A stretch of 49,186 nt of DNA, taken from contig CAIJXH010000017.1 in assembly GCA_903824595.1 (NCBI GenBank), positions 1 to 49,186 on the forward strand. The letters run 5' to 3'. Of this stretch, positions 47,375 to 49,186 are shown in pieces. A model generated the notes under the pieces. That model saw only the letters and a list, made by a program, of their open reading frames with translations, had not been told where the DNA came from and made no database searches. Made by a program: the position numbers and the translations under genes. This stretch comes from an uncultured bacterium. GTDB taxonomy: Bacteria > Patescibacteriota > Minisyncoccia > Phycocordibacterales > UBA2100. How positions within the stretch are numbered: position 1 is the first letter of the stretch; each line of letters begins with the position of its first letter.

Positions 47375-48505
47375 ATGAAATATTATGTCGTCCACATGCT
47401 CGGATGGATCTATCGGCATATTGCGGTGCATTTTTTTTTCCTGTTTGATTCGGAACCGATTCACGAGTTTATCACCGAGGGCGGCTACTACTTGGGTAAA
47501 ATACCGGGAATGCGTGCGCTTTTGCGCGCCATGATCAGGGTTACACATCCAGCGCTTCGTACTGAACTTGCAGGCATTGTGTTTGATATTCCGATCGGAC
47601 TTTCTGCTGGGTTTGATTATGAAGGTCGTTTGCCGAGGATTCTCTCCGGGTTTGGGTTTGGTTTCGAGAGCATGGGCACGGTGACCAATGGAGCGTATCA
47701 AGGCAATCCGTATCCGCGCATCAAACGACTCGTGAAGTCACGCTCGATGCTCATCAACAAAGGCTTCAAATCGAGTGGTGTGGACTCTGTCTTGCGTCGC
47801 GTGGGCACCAAATCGTTTGATATTCCCATCGGGATCTCGCTGGGGAAGACCAACACTGTTGCCATCGACACGCATGAGCAAGCGGTTGCGGACGTAGTTG
47901 AAGCATTCAAAAAAGTAGAGGCGTCGGGTGTGCCGTTTGCCTATTTCGAACTCAACATCAGCTGCCCGAATCTCATCAAAGATATTTCGTTCTACGAGCC
48001 GTCGCGCTTGCGGCAGCTGCTATCCGCGGTGTGCGGCTTGCGCCTCTCGCGACCACTCTTCATCAAGATGCCTATCGTATTGTCCAACGACGAGACACTT
48101 GCACTCGTCGATGTGGTGCGGGAATTTCCTGTTGCCGCGGTGATCATAGGCAATCTCTTGAAAGATCGCACCGATCCCGCTCTCGATCGCAAAGAGATGG
48201 AAGAGTTTGGAAAATACAAAGGCAATTGGAGTGGCGTGCCATGTCGCCGTCGATCCGACGAGCTTATTCGCCTCGTCTATCAGCGCACCGAGGGCACACT
48301 GCCGATCATCGGTGTGGGAGGTGTCTTCACCGCCGAAGATGCATACCGCAAGATTCGTCTCGGCGCATCACTTCTTGAAATGGCGACCGCACCGATTTTC
48401 GAAGGACCGCAAGTCCCTGCTGAAATCTGCGCCGATTTGCCTGCACTTTTGGAGCGTGATGGATTTTCCAGTATCAAAGAGGCGGTGGGAGTGGATGCGC
48501 GCTAA
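47375..48505 (+). CDS. pyrD: Dihydroorotate dehydrogenase (class 2 architecture)
   Basis: PIGLSAGFD, QGNPYPR, SLGKTN, ELNISCPN and IIGVGGV motifs. Confidence 0.92.
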   Translation: MKYYVVHMLGWIYRHIAVHFFFLFDSEPIHEFITEGGYYLGKIPGMRALLRAMIRVTHPALRTELAGIVFDIPIGLSAGFDYEGRLPRILSGFGFGFESMGTVTNGAYQGNPYPRIKRLVKSRSMLINKGFKSSGVDSVLRRVGTKSFDIPIGISLGKTNTVAIDTHEQAVADVVEAFKKVEASGVPFAYFELNISCPNLIKDISFYEPSRLRQLLSAVCGLRLSRPLFIKMPIVLSNDETLALVDVVREFPVAAVIIGNLLKDRTDPALDRKEMEEFGKYKGNWSGVPCRRRSDELIRLVYQRTEGTLPIIGVGGVFTAEDAYRKIRLGASLLEMATAPIFEGPQVPAEICADLPALLERDGFSSIKEAVGVDAR

Positions 48506-48511
48506 TGAGCA

Positions 48512-48772
48512 CTATTCATAAATATCATGTGTTCCGACTCGATAAAATCGAGCGGTGTGTTTTTTGTCTTCGAAATCGAAAATGATACGATACGAGCTAT
48601 TGATCGAAAATGCATAAAATCCTTCAAGCGCACCGGATAGTTTGTGCGTCTTGAGTCTTGGATCAAAAGGATTTTCACGAAACAGGATCTCTTTTTTCTC
48701 CGCGAGGTTTTGTATCTCCGTCGGCAGTTTCTTGTACTGTCGCGCAAAAGCGGGGAGATACAGTATGTGCAT
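48512..48772 (-). CDS. RelE/YafQ-family mRNA interferase toxin
   Basis: F.RQYKKL, NPFDPRLKTHKLSG and YRIIF...VGTHDIY motifs. Confidence 0.9.
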   Translation of the reverse strand: MHILYLPAFARQYKKLPTEIQNLAEKKEILFRENPFDPRLKTHKLSGALEGFYAFSINSSYRIIFDFEDKKHTARFYRVGTHDIYE

Positions 48773-48774
48773 AC

Positions 48775-48990
48775 TTACCGTAAATCGCGAAGCGAACGGA
48801 GTGTCTTTCCCTTGCCTTGTGCAAATGCGCGGCGATCGGCGTGCAGTTCTTTCGCGAGCGCATCCTGTTTGTATGCGCGAAGAAGGTGGCGAAAGAATTC
48901 ACTCGTGGACGCAAACTGTCCGCGCTTGACCTCGGAGCGCATGTCTTTTGCGAGGTTTTCCGGCAGCGATATGTTTACAATGGTTCTCAT
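48775..48990 (-). CDS. Ribbon-helix-helix (CopG/ParD-like) antitoxin
   Basis: MRTIVNISLPE...FASTSEFFRHLLR; directly upstream of the toxin. Confidence 0.87.
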   Translation of the reverse strand: MRTIVNISLPENLAKDMRSEVKRGQFASTSEFFRHLLRAYKQDALAKELHADRRAFAQGKGKTLRSLRDLR

Positions 48991-49008
48991 GTAATACAGT
49001 GTATTACA
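48990..49008 (-). promoter_or_regulatory. Palindromic operator overlapping the -10 box of the toxin-antitoxin operon
   Basis: tgtaatac-agt-gtattaca; it contains the minus-strand TACACT 7 nt before the ATG. Confidence 0.7.
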
Positions 49009-49084
49009 GTTGTAGCGGCAACGCAATACGCAATAGGTGGGTGGTCTGACCTGCCCGCACTTCTCCCCACGTCATAAAGCCAAA

Positions 49085-49146
49085 AACAGGGACGATTCGC
49101 TAAAATAGAAGTGTCGAACTCATATTTTTAGCAAATCGTCTCTGTT
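49085..49146. repeat. Long imperfect inverted repeat before an ORF start at 49152 that leaves the window
   Basis: aacagggacgattcgctaaaa...ttttagcaaatcgtctctgtt (19/21 complementary). Confidence 0.7.
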
Positions 49147-49186
49147 CTCGTATGAACATACTAACCCGCAGGCGGGAGTTTTTGCA

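Overview
This window is chromosomal DNA of a Patescibacteria (CPR) bacterium, most likely Parcubacteria (Kaiserbacteria/Adlerbacteria-like). That placement is inferred from gene content and protein style, not from a database search; TGA is used as a stop codon. Core genes: folD, secDF, a complete type IV pilus locus (pilM/N/O/P-like, pilB, response regulator, pilT, pilC, three major pilins, pilD, four minor pilins), ligA, gatCAB, initiator tRNA-Met, ftsEX, pyrG, guaB and pyrD. Accessory material sits between them. (1) A diversity-generating-retroelement (DGR) type target gene (tail-fibre-like stalk plus C-terminal CLec/FGE domain with a typical variable region) is split from its N-terminal membrane anchor by a G9 tract and is followed by a truncated avd, with no TR or RT in the window. 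(2) A 1.5 kb islet (peptidoglycan-binding protein plus RelBE-type pair) is bounded by a duplicated guaB 3' end. (3) A tRNA-adjacent block carries a GCS2 ligase, an M14 peptidase, argH and a giant Kelch/PKD surface protein, with two paralogous unannotated membrane microproteins. (4) Two small palindromic repeat families occur at gene ends. Across the window, most first genes have a -10 box 5-8 nt before the ATG, implying pervasive leaderless mRNAs; I used this to correct many ORF-track starts. All family assignments are by motif recognition only.
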